From the NCBI GenBank assembly GCA_001599295.1, contig BCGN01000003.1:124001-188000 (forward strand): a stretch of DNA of 64,000 bases, written 5' to 3'. Position 1 is the stretch's first letter. Each line of letters starts with the position of its first letter. Made by a program: the position numbers and the translations under genes. This document shows positions 36,754 through 49,024 of this stretch, piece after piece. The DNA comes from Sporopachydermia quercuum (Eukaryota). A model generated the notes under the pieces. The model was given only the letters and a program-made list of their open reading frames with translations, was not told the origin of the DNA and did not search any database.

Positions 36754-38624
36754 AGGGATAGTGGTGAAACAAGAAAATAAATATGCCAGTATATGGATGA
36801 TCTGATGCTGGAAGTAAGGCGATGAGCATAAAACAGTATTTTTGGATAGAAATAGTGTAAATATAAGAAGAAAATATAGTAGGAACAACGATGATTTGTA
36901 ACTATTATTGACGATGAGATGATTGAATATGTAAAATTGGTCTTAATAGGTAAGTGAGCCTTCAGTTAAGTAACCCCCAATAACATTGATCTGTTCTCTA
37001 TTAATGAACTTCACCAATACTTTCAGTCAAAGGCTTTATCAATCTTCTTTGCTCTGATATATCTATTACATAATAATGCAAACTGTCTTCAAAATATAAA
37101 CGAAGAGTTAGTATATAGGTAGTTCCTGCTGGTAAATGTAGAATAAGTACTGGTTAAGGTAAAACAATAAGCCATTCTGTTATAAACGTATAAAATTATT
37201 GTAATATTAACCAAGCAAGTTCGAATTTTGTCAGATAAGTTGACGGTAAATCAGAGGATATTATTTAGTGCTAAAACATTTGGGTTTTAAACAAATTATG
37301 TTGCTCAAATTCCAACTCATCGGCAGACGTATTCATGCATACCGGAGTGTTTAATATATATGTTTTTTAAAATACAGTAAATATAAGATCTACTAGTAGA
37401 ACTATTAATCATTCTAAGAGCCATTGAAGAACTATTAAGCAGATCAAGATTACAGCTGAATTTATACAATAAGTTCACAAGAGAAAGTATTCATCATTTC
37501 CTCTCTGAAGTATCCATGGAAAAGATGGATGAACTGCTTACATTTTGGTGGAATTTATTGTTAACAGCCTAATGGTTAGATCAGCTATAATATTATAATC
37601 TCTAGTGCCATTGTAATATAATGTACCTATTATCATCAGCTATATTTGAACCTCTTAATATAACCAAAGAACCAGGGTTCTTTGGTCAAGTNAGCCCAAG
37701 TAGAATGTTTGAGCCAGCTCTCCTAGCTATCGAACTAGAATGCTATTCTTAGTTCACCCATTGATTCTATGTTGATAATGACTGAAAATAAGCAAATAAT
37801 TGGTCTGCTTTCAATGAATATTTGGGAGCATTGAATCCAGAGAGTAATGATAATAATGATTTATTGTCATTTCTTGATAATTGACTAAATTACTCACCGT
37901 GTTTATTGTTTCTGTTACTATCGTCCTCATACTCTCTATTGCTATCAATGGAACTTGAACCATCATCAAAATTTTGACAGTAAAGTAAAATAAATACTAA
38001 TTATTTATTGTGTTTTCAGCAATCAACGAGCAATTGTTTAAACGTTACTTCATAGTTCTATTTCTATACTTCCAACGTTCTGCTTTATAAGCATCAATAA
38101 TACCTTTTTCCCTTTAAGTATCAATGAGCCCTTGGTATATTTGGTTTTCCCAGCTAATTATTCACTATGTTATTAATCGTTTCATTGTATGCTTCCATTA
38201 TTTTTGCACGAAACCCGTACTGTAGCTCCAGAATTCAATGAATATGTCTTATACCAGATTCTATTTCATTATTATTATCAATGGGTCATCCGCAGACCTG
38301 TAGGTGTTCTAGCAGCGAAATTGATAGATATTATATCTTAAATGATCCCAGAGAACTTTCAGACTTAAAAGCTTCTTTGGCATCTGTTGATTCACGCAAC
38401 GATCAACTATTCCAGGTTTCGAGATCATTGAAGAAATGATAATCATTTGGTTTTCAAATCCATTTGGTATATCCTTTACCTGCACAAGAAAATGAGCATT
38501 AGAGATAATACCCTGCGCCCACAGCACGGCACACATAGCATAGCCTAACGCAGCGCAACAGCCAGCAAAACGGTTCAAGACGTAATCACTTCGTTGGAAG
38601 TTACATTTTCCAGGTAATATTGAT

Positions 38625-40172
38625 CTAACCGACTGTAGATGCAACGCCAGCTGACCCCCCGGCAGATTTCTTGCTGCTATTTTTCTTTTTCAGTTGTCGC
38701 AAGGCATCTCTTCGTCTTCTCTTGATATTGCTTCGCACTTCTTCTTTACTGTCTTGGAACTCCTGCAGCCACTGCTCCAGATCAAACGTTCCTCTTAGTT
38801 TGTTGAGCACGCTTTGAGACTGTAGAAATGGAGACTCTGTATGAGAGAAGAATAGACCTTTGGAAGCATTGACGGCAGACTGAGGAATTATGTGAGTGCC
38901 GCTAGGAGAATCATCCTGAGCAAGCTTTGATTGAGTTCCGTGCTTATTGCTAGTAAGTTCATTAGCATTTCCAGTAACTTTGCTTTCTTCCCCTTGCTCT
39001 TGCTCNTCTTCCTCTTCTATATCATCACTGACAAGCCCCAGCTTGAATCCCGTGTCTTCAGTATTGAAAACAGATCTCAAGACAGACAGATCGTTCACTT
39101 TCTTGGGTGAATCTTCATTTTCGGTACTATTCGCGCTACCAGCACCAAATGTTGGAAAAAACTTTTTCTCTTCTTCAGCCGTTTCTCCCTTTTCTCCCTG
39201 CTGCTCCTCTTCCTCTTCCTCTTCTGAATTATATCCTGTTTGATCCATCGCATCTCCCACAGCACCATCGTCCAGCATTATAATGCTTCCAGAACCAGTA
39301 TTTTCATAGTCCTTAGCCCTTTTTCCACCATCCGCCAGATTATCCTCGTCGTCACTCATCATCAGAACCTCTCCTTTGCTCTTAGTATCAAACATACTGA
39401 GAATATCATTCAGCACTTTATCAGTGACCTGTTTACTCTCTGTTTCTGCCTCGACAAAAGCATTCTCAACAGTATCTTCAACGGCATCTCCACTACTACC
39501 TACACCCGCTTTATTTATGAGTTCATCAACTCTTTGGCCCACAGTCTCAAGCACATATCCATTCCCACTGGCCCATGCTCCATTACCCAGATATCTCCAT
39601 GTCAAGTCCTCTGCAGTTTTCTTCTTGTCGTAGCCCCAAAGTCTGGTTTTCCGCAGCTTCATCTGTTTCAGTTTCCCGTTGATCAACACTTTGAAAATGA
39701 AATTGGACTCTGGTCGTCTTTCCGTGTTGCGATGTTTGCCTTTGATCACATGGTAGTTAGACACAGTTCTAAAGGTGTTTGCAGACTTGGATTTCTCTAG
39801 TTGATACTGCTCTAAATACTGGAATTTCCGTTCGCGCGCTATTCTAATTCTTGCTTTGCGAGAGTCTATAGGGGAGCCTTTTTCTTCTTGGAGCTTGGCC
39901 AGATAGTCAGGTTTAGCAATGTCAACGGTGAGCATTGATTTCTTGAACCGGACGCCTCTAAAAGCAGCTTTGAGGGCAGCTAGTTTCTTCTGCGAGAGCT
40001 CGACTGTGATATAGCCAAATTTCACATCAATTGTGGGTTTTCCAAGCAGTTCTATCGGCTTGATAATCGTCCCAAACGCTGATATTCTGTCCTGGAGCTC
40101 ATTTGTCGATTCCGCAAGCTCTGGTGAGATTCCTCCGATATGGAGCCTATATGGCTTTACTTCTTCTGTCAT
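38625..40172 (-). CDS. NOP8: Nucleolar 60S biogenesis factor with N-terminal RRM
   Basis: N-terminal RRM, VRFKKSMLTVDIAKP, KTRLWGYD...DLTW, acidic middle region, GLFFSHTESPFLQSQS, basic C-terminus. Confidence 0.85.
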   Translation of the reverse strand: MTEEVKPYRLHIGGISPELAESTNELQDRISAFGTIIKPIELLGKPTIDVKFGYITVELSQKKLAALKAAFRGVRFKKSMLTVDIAKPDYLAKLQEEKGSPIDSRKARIRIARERKFQYLEQYQLEKSKSANTFRTVSNYHVIKGKHRNTERRPESNFIFKVLINGKLKQMKLRKTRLWGYDKKKTAEDLTWRYLGNGAWASGNGYVLETVGQRVDELINKAGVGSSGDAVEDTVENAFVEAETESKQVTDKVLNDILSMFDTKSKGEVLMMSDDEDNLADGGKRAKDYENTGSGSIIMLDDGAVGDAMDQTGYNSEEEEEEEQQGEKGETAEEEKKFFPTFGAGSANSTENEDSPKKVNDLSVLRSVFNTEDTGFKLGLVSDDIEEEXEQEQGEESKVTGNANELTSNKHGTQSKLAQDDSPSGTHIIPQSAVNASKGLFFSHTESPFLQSQSVLNKLRGTFDLEQWLQEFQDSKEEVRSNIKRRRRDALRQLKKKNSSKKSAGGSAGVASTVG

Positions 40173-40892
40173 TTTGAGCCAACGTGCGAAAAAAATGCAG
40201 GAAATGTGAATAGGGTATTAATCAGATGTTTAGTTGTTTATAGAGCTATTTGGACCTCCCATTATTGATAATATTGATAATAGCAGTAATACTGTTGATA
40301 ATGACAGCAGATAAAGGTTACAAAGTAAAATGTTCACACACTATAAAAATAAATTTTCTTCCAGTGAAAGAATGTGAGTAATTACGTAATCAGAAATGTA
40401 ACAGTAGGTGATGAGGTCTTGAGAGAGTATTTTAAGATTATATGATCTTTAAGTGTTTTGTGTGACAGAGGGCTAGGAGGTAATTTCGGAGATTATCCAC
40501 CGAGAGGTATTGAGAAATAGGAGGGAGAACCGTAGGAATAGTGAAGGAATAGTTATGAATTATAAACCTATATTGGATGAAAATTATTATCTGTTCACGT
40601 AAATGTGTAATATTTTAGTTATCTCTTTTTATTTTTTCCTATGTTTTCTTTTTACATGTTTTGCTAGCATCTTCCGTCACCTCCCTAAGTAACATAATAT
40701 CCGCTTTCTCTGACGCATCATATCCGATTTCCATCCTCCGCAACGATAAATTCCCCGTTATCTCTATCGCTTACCTTTCTTTCTACTTAACGGCTATTCA
40801 TTGACAGCATAATAACTGTATCAATTACATAAGAATGAACACTTTTTGGCAATCCAGCTCAATTGTAGTCACAGCGGCTTAGATACAACTTT

Positions 40893-41621
40893 ATGATGTC
40901 GGAAAACAGGAAACGTACGTAGCGGTTGCTGTCTTACTGTATGGGGTATGAATTCGTGATTCATGGTTGATGAATTGGAAAGTAGCACTTAGATAGCCAT
41001 GGAAATGTGGCTTAAAACATGGCTTGAAAGTTGGCTTGACAGCTCGCAAGTTGCTAAGACTAATTGGTTTGGCATTAAATAATATTAAGACTTGATTTCC
41101 TACGTTTCCTTAGCTACTGTTATCATACTGCTTCTCATAGTTTGCGACTCTCTGTGCTGCTGACTAGTGGTAAACCATCTATCAGAGAATGAGATATTCA
41201 TCATTTGATACCACAGTTTTACATCTACTAACCAAATATAGCCCACAATATTCTCTCAAACGTCCCACTAATTATATCCCCTTTTTTCAACCCACCAAAA
41301 GCTGTAACATTACCATACAACTATACTATTGTCCCTCAATCAGCACCAGCACCAGTCGTAAGCAAAGATGACATAGACGCATGGAAAAGCGAAGCTGCTT
41401 CTATTGAACGCAGCCTTGAAAGAAAAATTGAATCAGGGGAATTTTTCGATGCTTGGAAAGTCGAAACTATGAGAAGAGTTGCTCCTGGATACTTAGACTC
41501 TACTAATCAAATACTACAGCCTAAGTCTAAGAGAGAGGGAAAAGATGAGGATAATACTGGGAATGAACAGGGAAAAGTGATCGAAAGCACTTCCCGTGAG
41601 TTTCATAATCTTTCCATATAA
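40893..41621 (+). CDS. Conserved fungal hypothetical protein, 2 exons, 133 aa
   Basis: Exon 1 40893-40914; intron 40915-41241 (GTACGT..TACTAAC..TAG); exon 2 41242-41621; MMSENRKPHNILSNVPLIISPFFNPPKAVTLPYNY...RRVAPGYLDSTNQILQP...; splice phase matches. Confidence 0.85.
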
Positions 41622-41759
41622 AAAATATATGAAACAATATAAATNAAGAACTAATTGAAATGCTGGGAGGAAAGTTGATGTGTTGGAAGGGAAGATAACC
41701 AAGTGAGCTGTTTTCTATTATTTGTCTTACATTAACATTAACTCTTGAGAATTTGTCGC

Positions 41760-42246
41760 TACAAACGATTTGGAAGCGTTTCATTGAAAAGCTTGCTATT
41801 ATTAGCAGAATTGTCTATTAAAAACAGCACAAGAATAATATGTTCTGAGGATTGATCACGTTCCAAATCGTCTCCTTCGTTGGTCTTCTCTGCAGCTTTC
41901 TTTCTAGCTTCTTTTAACTTTGCTTTTGACAGATCAGTTATATGCAATCTCTTGATAATATTTTTCAATTGAAGCTAAACCAGTTGAGCGCCATGGATTC
42001 GCTTCTTGTTTTGATTTAGACCATCTTTGAGAAGCTTAATTTTTTTAACAAAATGGTTCAGAGCTGCCTAAAGAGTACATGCTAATGTTTCGAGTTCAGA
42101 GGAAGCAAATGATCGTTTAAACGGGAGTGAGTGGCTTTTTTGGTTGATAAGAATTCATGAAAGGTCTGTAAAGCTGCTGTTGATTGATCAACTGCAATCA
42201 GAGCTTCCCCTCTCTTCAGCAGGTTTTCTGGCTCGACAAATATCAT
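41760..42246 (-). pseudogene. eIF3a (RPG1/TIF32) 5' fragment pseudogene
   Basis: EPENLLKRGEALIAVDQSTAALQTFHEFLSTKK, a frameshift, then ELETL...*...KKIKLLKDGLNQNKKRIHG...*...GDDLERDQSSEHII...NNSKL; colinear with the eIF3a N-terminus but with stops and a frameshift. Confidence 0.85.
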
Positions 42247-43523
42247 TTGGCTGATCAGTGTCCGCCTTCGCAGGAAAAAATAACCATTTGCTGTTACAAT
42301 CCAAGGCGGACATTTAGTTTATGTAACANCTTACGCAAATGTGAGCTGTTGGTAACAGGAGCTTTTGCGTATACACACCAGAAAACAATACCAGCTTACA
42401 AGCAATGCAAGAGGACATTGAACTATTGCCGGACAACAATTTCTTTTTGGAAGATCAAAGATGCCCGAAGTGAGAAAAGACCAGGAAAGCTGTTAGTTGG
42501 TTCATTTTGATTGATTGACAGTACGAACCGTTGTTTATTTATAGTAGTATTATCACTATGCTATATGCTACAGTAATCCATTTTTTTAGTACTATTTCTA
42601 ATATTATCACCATTACTATTATAATGCCAACTAAGTTGATCTGTTTCAACTGATTGATTAGTTTCACTGAGTTCATAAAAAAGCCCGAGCACAAGTTGAG
42701 ATTGAAATGCGTGATCACGCCCAAGTAACTCAGCAATCACATCCTGACGATGAACGCGACACCATCATTTGATAGTAATTTGGCTCCAGTTGACCATTTT
42801 TCTTGTCAAATAACCATAACAACCACTATAATAGTTATAAAAAAACTCTTTGAATGGTATACTTCTTGTTTTCATGACATTTCCAGTCATGATATAACCA
42901 TCATCAATTAATCCATCAACAATTAGCGGCTTAGCAAATAGCAAATCATATTTCGATAGCTATACAATCAATATATAGCTATATGCTTATTCGAATACTA
43001 CTAACATCCATTTGCTTGTTATCATTCTGCTTGAGATAGTCCTGTTCAAAGTAAAACGCCAAAATGAAACCATACCCAATTATAGTGGTCAATAATCGAC
43101 ATTAACCGTAGTGCAAGAGCAGTCAATGATCGAGTCATACACTGGAAAGCGGACTTCGGGATTCACTGGATATCTCATCAGGTATCACTTCTCAATTGAC
43201 TTTCAACCCACTTTTAGAGCAAACTCTTTGCATATTTCACCAGAAATATATTTAGGAATTCATCATTTCTTGGTTTAGCTTCTCACCTTAAGAAACATTC
43301 TCACAGGATGTTTATGATTGTAATAGCAGTGTACAGGATATAGAAAGAAGCCTTTTAATGCCATCAGATCAGTTGACACTACATGTTTCATAGTTTCCTT
43401 TTTGCCATGTAAATTGATAATGCAATAACATTTAATTCAAATAGGAGTTTCCAATTTATGACTAGCTTGGCAGCTCACAGACTTCTAGAACAACTTCAAC
43501 TACACAATGTAACACCTCGCCTT

Positions 43524-44456
43524 CTAACCAACCAAACTTCTTTTTCTTCCTCTCATTCGAACCTCTTCTAATTTCTTCAGCGTTTCTTTACATGCCTTGA
43601 CTTTTCCTTTGCCTCTACTCTCATGAACATCAAGATATCCTTGCAATAGCCACTGTGAATACAATTCACTATAATCAGGATGAGTACTAATCACGGCTCG
43701 TTCTAGAACATACAGATCAACAGCCTTATCCTCAGCTAAAGCAGAATGTGATCCTAGACCAAAATCAATCAAAAAAGGTTCGGTTTCCCATTGGTTAGTT
43801 TCCTGGTTGCAGTTATCATGGAGAATGATATTGCTAGTAGTAAGGTCACCATGAACAATATCACAAGTATGCAGAAGACCCACCTGGGATCCAACGCTTT
43901 TCATCACAGACTCTACCTGTTTCCCCGTTGCTTCCACACCATTATTGTATTTCTCGTAGTACCATAAATAGTATTTCAGGGCTCCTTTGATCTCCATGGT
44001 TAGACTGGCATCTTGGTGAATAGTCTCTGATGCTGGCTCCTGTGCTACTGCATAGTGATTATTTTGCTTTCTAGCCAAGCGGCTGATTCTATTTTGCTGC
44101 TCCTGTTTGATTCTATCATTCCCTTCAATATTTTCCATCCAGATAACTCCGTTGACGCCATCAATTGATATGAGCTTTGGCACATTCACCCCTAGGAGAA
44201 AGAGCTTATGAAGCAGCTTTGCTTCACCAGCTGTACGTTTTTTCGTCAAAGACTCCTCAAGCTGAGGATGCCGATATGGTTTGGGAGGGCGAAATTTCAC
44301 TATATATAGTTCATTTTCTTTCTGTTGATTGAATTCCAATGGCAGAAATGGATGTACAGTAGTTGTGAATACAATGGCTTCAGCACCCTGGGAGATTTTG
44401 GTAAGAGGTATGTTCGGGAGCACTGAGGAAAACTGGTCTAGAATTAGCTGTGACAT
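43524..44456 (-). CDS. BUD32: KEOPS complex kinase Bud32
   Basis: SQGAEA, KFRPPKPYRHP, HGDLTTSN, IDFGL, EDKAVDLYVLERA, RGRKRSLVG. Confidence 0.97.
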   Translation of the reverse strand: MSQLILDQFSSVLPNIPLTKISQGAEAIVFTTTVHPFLPLEFNQQKENELYIVKFRPPKPYRHPQLEESLTKKRTAGEAKLLHKLFLLGVNVPKLISIDGVNGVIWMENIEGNDRIKQEQQNRISRLARKQNNHYAVAQEPASETIHQDASLTMEIKGALKYYLWYYEKYNNGVEATGKQVESVMKSVGSQVGLLHTCDIVHGDLTTSNIILHDNCNQETNQWETEPFLIDFGLGSHSALAEDKAVDLYVLERAVISTHPDYSELYSQWLLQGYLDVHESRGKGKVKACKETLKKLEEVRMRGRKRSLVG

Positions 44457-45029
44457 TTTGAAAACCTGCCGAATATTTTTATATGGGTTTTAAGGTGTGT
44501 TATNTGGCTTATTATGCGGAAGAAGATAAATTGTTATTGATCAATGCGAATAGTTGTCAGGGAGGGCAGAAAGAGGTATTGGAAAGGCGAAAAAACGTTA
44601 TGAGAAGATTTGAAATAAGGTTCTAGAATATGCACAACCATGTATAATTCTGTAGCAGATGCGGGATATGCATATTGTGCGTCTTCGTGTTTCTTTCTTA
44701 AGAGAACGGAGTAGAAGGGTATAACTAAGCAGAATGATAGCTGAGTAGTAGGTTGTTTTGTATTTAATCTATTGGTTCGTAATAAAGAGTAAATTTTGTT
44801 GCANCTTGGACTGTAGAAACTCTGTAATGTCATGGAGTGTCGTTGGTGATCCAACCAAGTTCAGGCTTATGCATATCTTTGCAGATGGCATAACTTTAAT
44901 TCTACTACTTCAGACGATAAATTAATACTCAACTGCTATATTTCAGTAACCATAATAAAACCAAAAAGCTATATTAACACTATTAATACTATATTAAATT
45001 GATTCAATTGTCTATGTCTTCCTCTTCTT

Positions 45030-47315
45030 CTAGTTCTTCTTTGCAGCACCGTATTTTTCCCTTAGTGAATCAATGAACTTCTCATCATATCTTTTGAACA
45101 AGTATTGTGCCTTATTGATGTTATGATTACCCTTGATAATTAACTGGAATTCATCTGGAATATTCCTTTCATCAGAATTGAGCATTTGATAAATTGCTTG
45201 ACTAGTGGATGGCATAAATGGTGATATAACAGCACCAACCAAGTAGATCAAATTGAGACCAATACCCACAACAGCAGCAGCCTTTTCAGGATGATCATTG
45301 AACAGAGAATTGTCCAATTTGTTTTCTTGTAAGAATTGATTACCTCTAGCAGAGATTTGCATGGCAATTTCCAATCCTTTTCTGATATGGACGGCTTCTA
45401 AGGTTTGATTATAGTCCTTTAATAATGAATTCACGTCTTTGAGGAATCTCTTGTATTGTTCTTCACCAATATCAGCAGGGCTATATTCTGGTACAACACT
45501 GTTGTACTTAGCATTGACAAATTTAACTAATCTGTTGACGAAGTTACCCAAGTTTGCCAAAAGCTCACCATTGTTCCTGTTAGCAAAATCAGCCCACGAA
45601 AATTGGGTATCAGAAGATTCTGGTCTAGCAGTGGCTAAGTAGTATCTCCATACTGAAGGCGGCACGCCAGAGTCTTCAGCATTGTTACCAAACACACCAA
45701 TACCTCTAGATTTGGAGAACTTGCCTCCTTCGTACTGTAAATATTCTGTAGTGCTCAAATGATGCAGCATTGTCCAATCATCACCAGTGCCGATTTCTGT
45801 AGCTGGGAACACAACAGTGTGGAATGGAACATTGTCTTTACCCATAAATTGGTACAAGTTCACGTTATCAGGATTTTGCCACCATTCTTTCCATTCATCT
45901 GTATAACAAGCAGTAATACTGACATAGCCAATAGGAGCGTCAAACCAAACATACAACACCTTCTCCTTAAACTTGTCTAACGGAACTGGGGTACCCCATT
46001 TCAAGTCACGGGTAATACATCTAGGATGTAATCCTTCTTTCAACCATGAATCAGTAATATTTTTACTGTTCTTAGACCAATGACCCTTAGCAAAGGACTT
46101 TTCAACCCATTCTTTAACCTTAGGTTCAAGTTTGTCCAAAGAAATAAACACATGTGTAGACAACTTGGGGATAGGTTTTTCATTATCTAGCTTACATCTT
46201 GGTTCAATCAATTCAAAAGGATCAAGAAGATTTCCACAACCATCGCATTGATCACCACGAGCATCTTCATATCCACATTTAGGACAAATACCTTCCACAT
46301 ATCTATCAGCAAGGAAACCTTCGTGCTTCGGGCAGTAAAGCTGTTTCATTTCCTGCTCGTCAAGGAATCCATTGTCGTACAATTTGAGGAAGATCTCTTG
46401 AGCAATAGCAGTTTGTTGAGGGGTGGTAGTTCTGCCAAAATAATCAAATCCAATCTCAAACCAGTCATAGACTTCCTTGTGGATCTTGTGGTACTTATCA
46501 ACCAATTGTTTAGGGGTAACACCGTCTTCTAAAGCCTTTGTTTCAGTAGCAGTTCCATACTCATCGGTACCGCAGATATACAAGCAATTGAAGTTTCTGT
46601 TCTTGCAGTATCGTGCATAGATATCAGCAGAAAGAACAGACCCAACAATATTACCTAAATGAGGCACATTGTTAACATATGGCAAAGCAGATGTAACCAG
46701 TATATTCTTTTCTCCAGCCTTAGGCAATAACTTTTCCCCTTCAACGGGTTTGTTGACCTTGTAGGCAATTGTGGAGTCCAAGTTTTGAGCACCAGTGTAT
46801 TCGGGCTTGGGTGGTGCAAGTTTGCATAAAGATTTCACTACAGTGATGGCTTCTTTCACTTGCGGCAGTTCAGTGTATTGCTGGGCCCAAGAAGAAATCT
46901 GTGACGAGGCTGTTTGAAGTGTCTCAAATTTACCGCCAACGCTAGCGTATAAAGAAGCAAATAAAATAATCTCCGCCGGTTGCAACTCCAAGCTGGGAGC
47001 TTTCAATTCCGTTGCGAGAGCTAATGGTTTGGCGTTTTTCAATGCTTGATACAGAGTTGTTTCATCATAATCGATCAAATCAATACCGTTCACTACGACA
47101 TTTTTTCTGGAGGCCAAAAACTTCACTACGGCATTTGGTTCAATCAATTGTTTTCCTTCTTTCTTCAAAACCAGTAAAGCACCAGGNAATTCTGCCACGG
47201 GCTTCGAAACTTTCAAGCTGGGGTCGAAAGCGCTTGCGGCAATTGCGACTTTGAGAGTATTGGCAAATGCCAATGGTGTGCCATTTGAATCAGCATACAA
47301 TTCAATGGTTGCCAT
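45030..47315 (-). CDS. MES1: Cytoplasmic methionyl-tRNA synthetase
   Basis: SALPYVNNVPHLGN, zinc knuckles, YVWFDAPIGY, KFSKS; GST-like N-terminus; first ATG at 47315. Confidence 0.98.
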   Translation of the reverse strand: MATIELYADSNGTPLAFANTLKVAIAASAFDPSLKVSKPVAEXPGALLVLKKEGKQLIEPNAVVKFLASRKNVVVNGIDLIDYDETTLYQALKNAKPLALATELKAPSLELQPAEIILFASLYASVGGKFETLQTASSQISSWAQQYTELPQVKEAITVVKSLCKLAPPKPEYTGAQNLDSTIAYKVNKPVEGEKLLPKAGEKNILVTSALPYVNNVPHLGNIVGSVLSADIYARYCKNRNFNCLYICGTDEYGTATETKALEDGVTPKQLVDKYHKIHKEVYDWFEIGFDYFGRTTTPQQTAIAQEIFLKLYDNGFLDEQEMKQLYCPKHEGFLADRYVEGICPKCGYEDARGDQCDGCGNLLDPFELIEPRCKLDNEKPIPKLSTHVFISLDKLEPKVKEWVEKSFAKGHWSKNSKNITDSWLKEGLHPRCITRDLKWGTPVPLDKFKEKVLYVWFDAPIGYVSITACYTDEWKEWWQNPDNVNLYQFMGKDNVPFHTVVFPATEIGTGDDWTMLHHLSTTEYLQYEGGKFSKSRGIGVFGNNAEDSGVPPSVWRYYLATARPESSDTQFSWADFANRNNGELLANLGNFVNRLVKFVNAKYNSVVPEYSPADIGEEQYKRFLKDVNSLLKDYNQTLEAVHIRKGLEIAMQISARGNQFLQENKLDNSLFNDHPEKAAAVVGIGLNLIYLVGAVISPFMPSTSQAIYQMLNSDERNIPDEFQLIIKGNHNINKAQYLFKRYDEKFIDSLREKYGAAKKN

Positions 47316-47486
47316 TCTGTTCCCGGAGAAGTTTTCTACCTGCAAACAAGCCTTGAGATGCCTGTTTAATTAGTTGTCGATAATAAAAGAGTAAGAGGGG
47401 CGAGCAGGGTTTGTGGATTCTGCCAGAGGTTTTGCAGGTTGATCGGAGTACAAATGTTTGACATCTTGTGAAGTTTCATTTTTTTA

Positions 47487-47541
47487 TGACTCTTTGTCCG
47501 GAAGATAAAATGATTTGCAAGTGTTTGATGTATCCACGTGA
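47487..47541. promoter_or_regulatory. Gcn4-type TGACTC and Cbf1-type CACGTGA sites upstream of MES1
   Basis: Motifs at 47487-47492 and 47535-47541. Confidence 0.45.
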
Positions 47542-48226
47542 TATTTTGGGACAGAACGGAAGACGAAAGATGAAGTTACTATGATGAATATATGCAAGAA
47601 AGGTACTTTGAAAGGGTAAATTTTGTAGTTTAACTATTTCAGAGATGAGGTATATAATAGTTTAGATAATTGTATAAGAAGAAAAAAGGATAAAGAATTG
47701 CAGAAAGATGAATGAGTGAGTAGGTTTGGAGAATTCATGTACCTTCTGCAAGAAGGAAACACTTGCATATAATAAAGTCGCCAGAATATACGTTCCTAAA
47801 AAGCTGAAAACATAGGAGTGGTAACTTAATTGCCTTACTAGGAGTTAAATCTAATCTTTTCAAAGACATACTTAAAAATTTACTAATTTAAAGATCACCC
47901 AACTTACATTCTGATAGTCCCATGAACTCCACAGGGATTCAGTAATGCAGGGTAGTGCATACATATACTGAACCTTAATTTACAACTCCGCTCAGCTCAG
48001 CTCAATTCGCCGATTTTTGTTACCCGGACATGCATGTTTGTTTGGCATTGCAGTATCGTGCATTAATGTTAGTTCCGTCTTTTTCCAATCTATACTCTTC
48101 TTTATCTCAACTTTACTATTATTGTATTCTAGTGACAAACGGTAGTTGGGAGGTAATCATATAAAAATAATTCATTCAGCATTTAGGGAGTAACAAGGAA
48201 CATTACAGAACTTTCGAGCGTCAGTT

Positions 48227-49024
48227 ATGTTATGGTGGAGGAAGAAACAGTCTGTAGACTCTGCGGAGAGTAGTACCGTTGATAGTACTAATTCCACTCC
48301 GATATCTACAAAGTTGAAACAGAATGGTCAAAATTGTTTTCCAAATGAAAATACCAAGGGATCTGCTATATCAGCTGATGATACATTGAGCGAGCTTGAC
48401 GAACTGATACCGGTTGATCCCTCTATCCCTGAAGGTGCCGTGGAGTTCTACAAGTGTGATCAGCAATTAACTACTAACGACCGACAAGAATTAGCGGCAA
48501 CATACCAGAAAGCTACATACTTATCATATGCATTTGTTGCTCTTCCTTTCTTAAGCATTTATACCGTGCTATGGGCTAGACGCAGAAAGCTGCATGGTCC
48601 GGAGTCAGTTTCCATCATAAAGACATCAGTGAATGCATTTGCTTTAGGAAGTCCTTTCTATTTTGTAAGTACAATCTTGGGGTCCGAACTTTGAGGTGCT
48701 ACGTGAAATGTTTAAATGAGAAAACACTAACAGAAATTAACACAGATATTAGATTTCTATTTGATGGGTCAAGTTCTGGATGAACATAAGGAAAATCCTG
48801 GAAGGTTTGAAGTCATAAAAGCTAGTACTAACTGTAGATATCCTTTACTAGCTGAATACTATCAACAAACAGCTGAGCGTCCAGAGTTATGTTTCCGTGA
48901 TCCAAGGATTCTTGCCTTGGCAGGTGTCAAAAAACCTAAACCTCGTACTATGTTAGACAGTGTGTTTGATGCTATGGATCCTCTTGGTCTAAAGGTCTAT
49001 TCTCGGGTATTTGAGAGAAGTTGA
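48227..49024 (+). CDS. DUF1689 / Rci37 (YIL077C)-like mitochondrial membrane protein, 2 exons
   Basis: Intron 48665-48745 (GTAAGT..CACTAAC..CAG) joins the two track ORFs in frame; AVEFYKCDQQLTTNDRQELA, two TM segments, YYQQTAERPELCFRDP, DPLGL. Confidence 0.8.
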
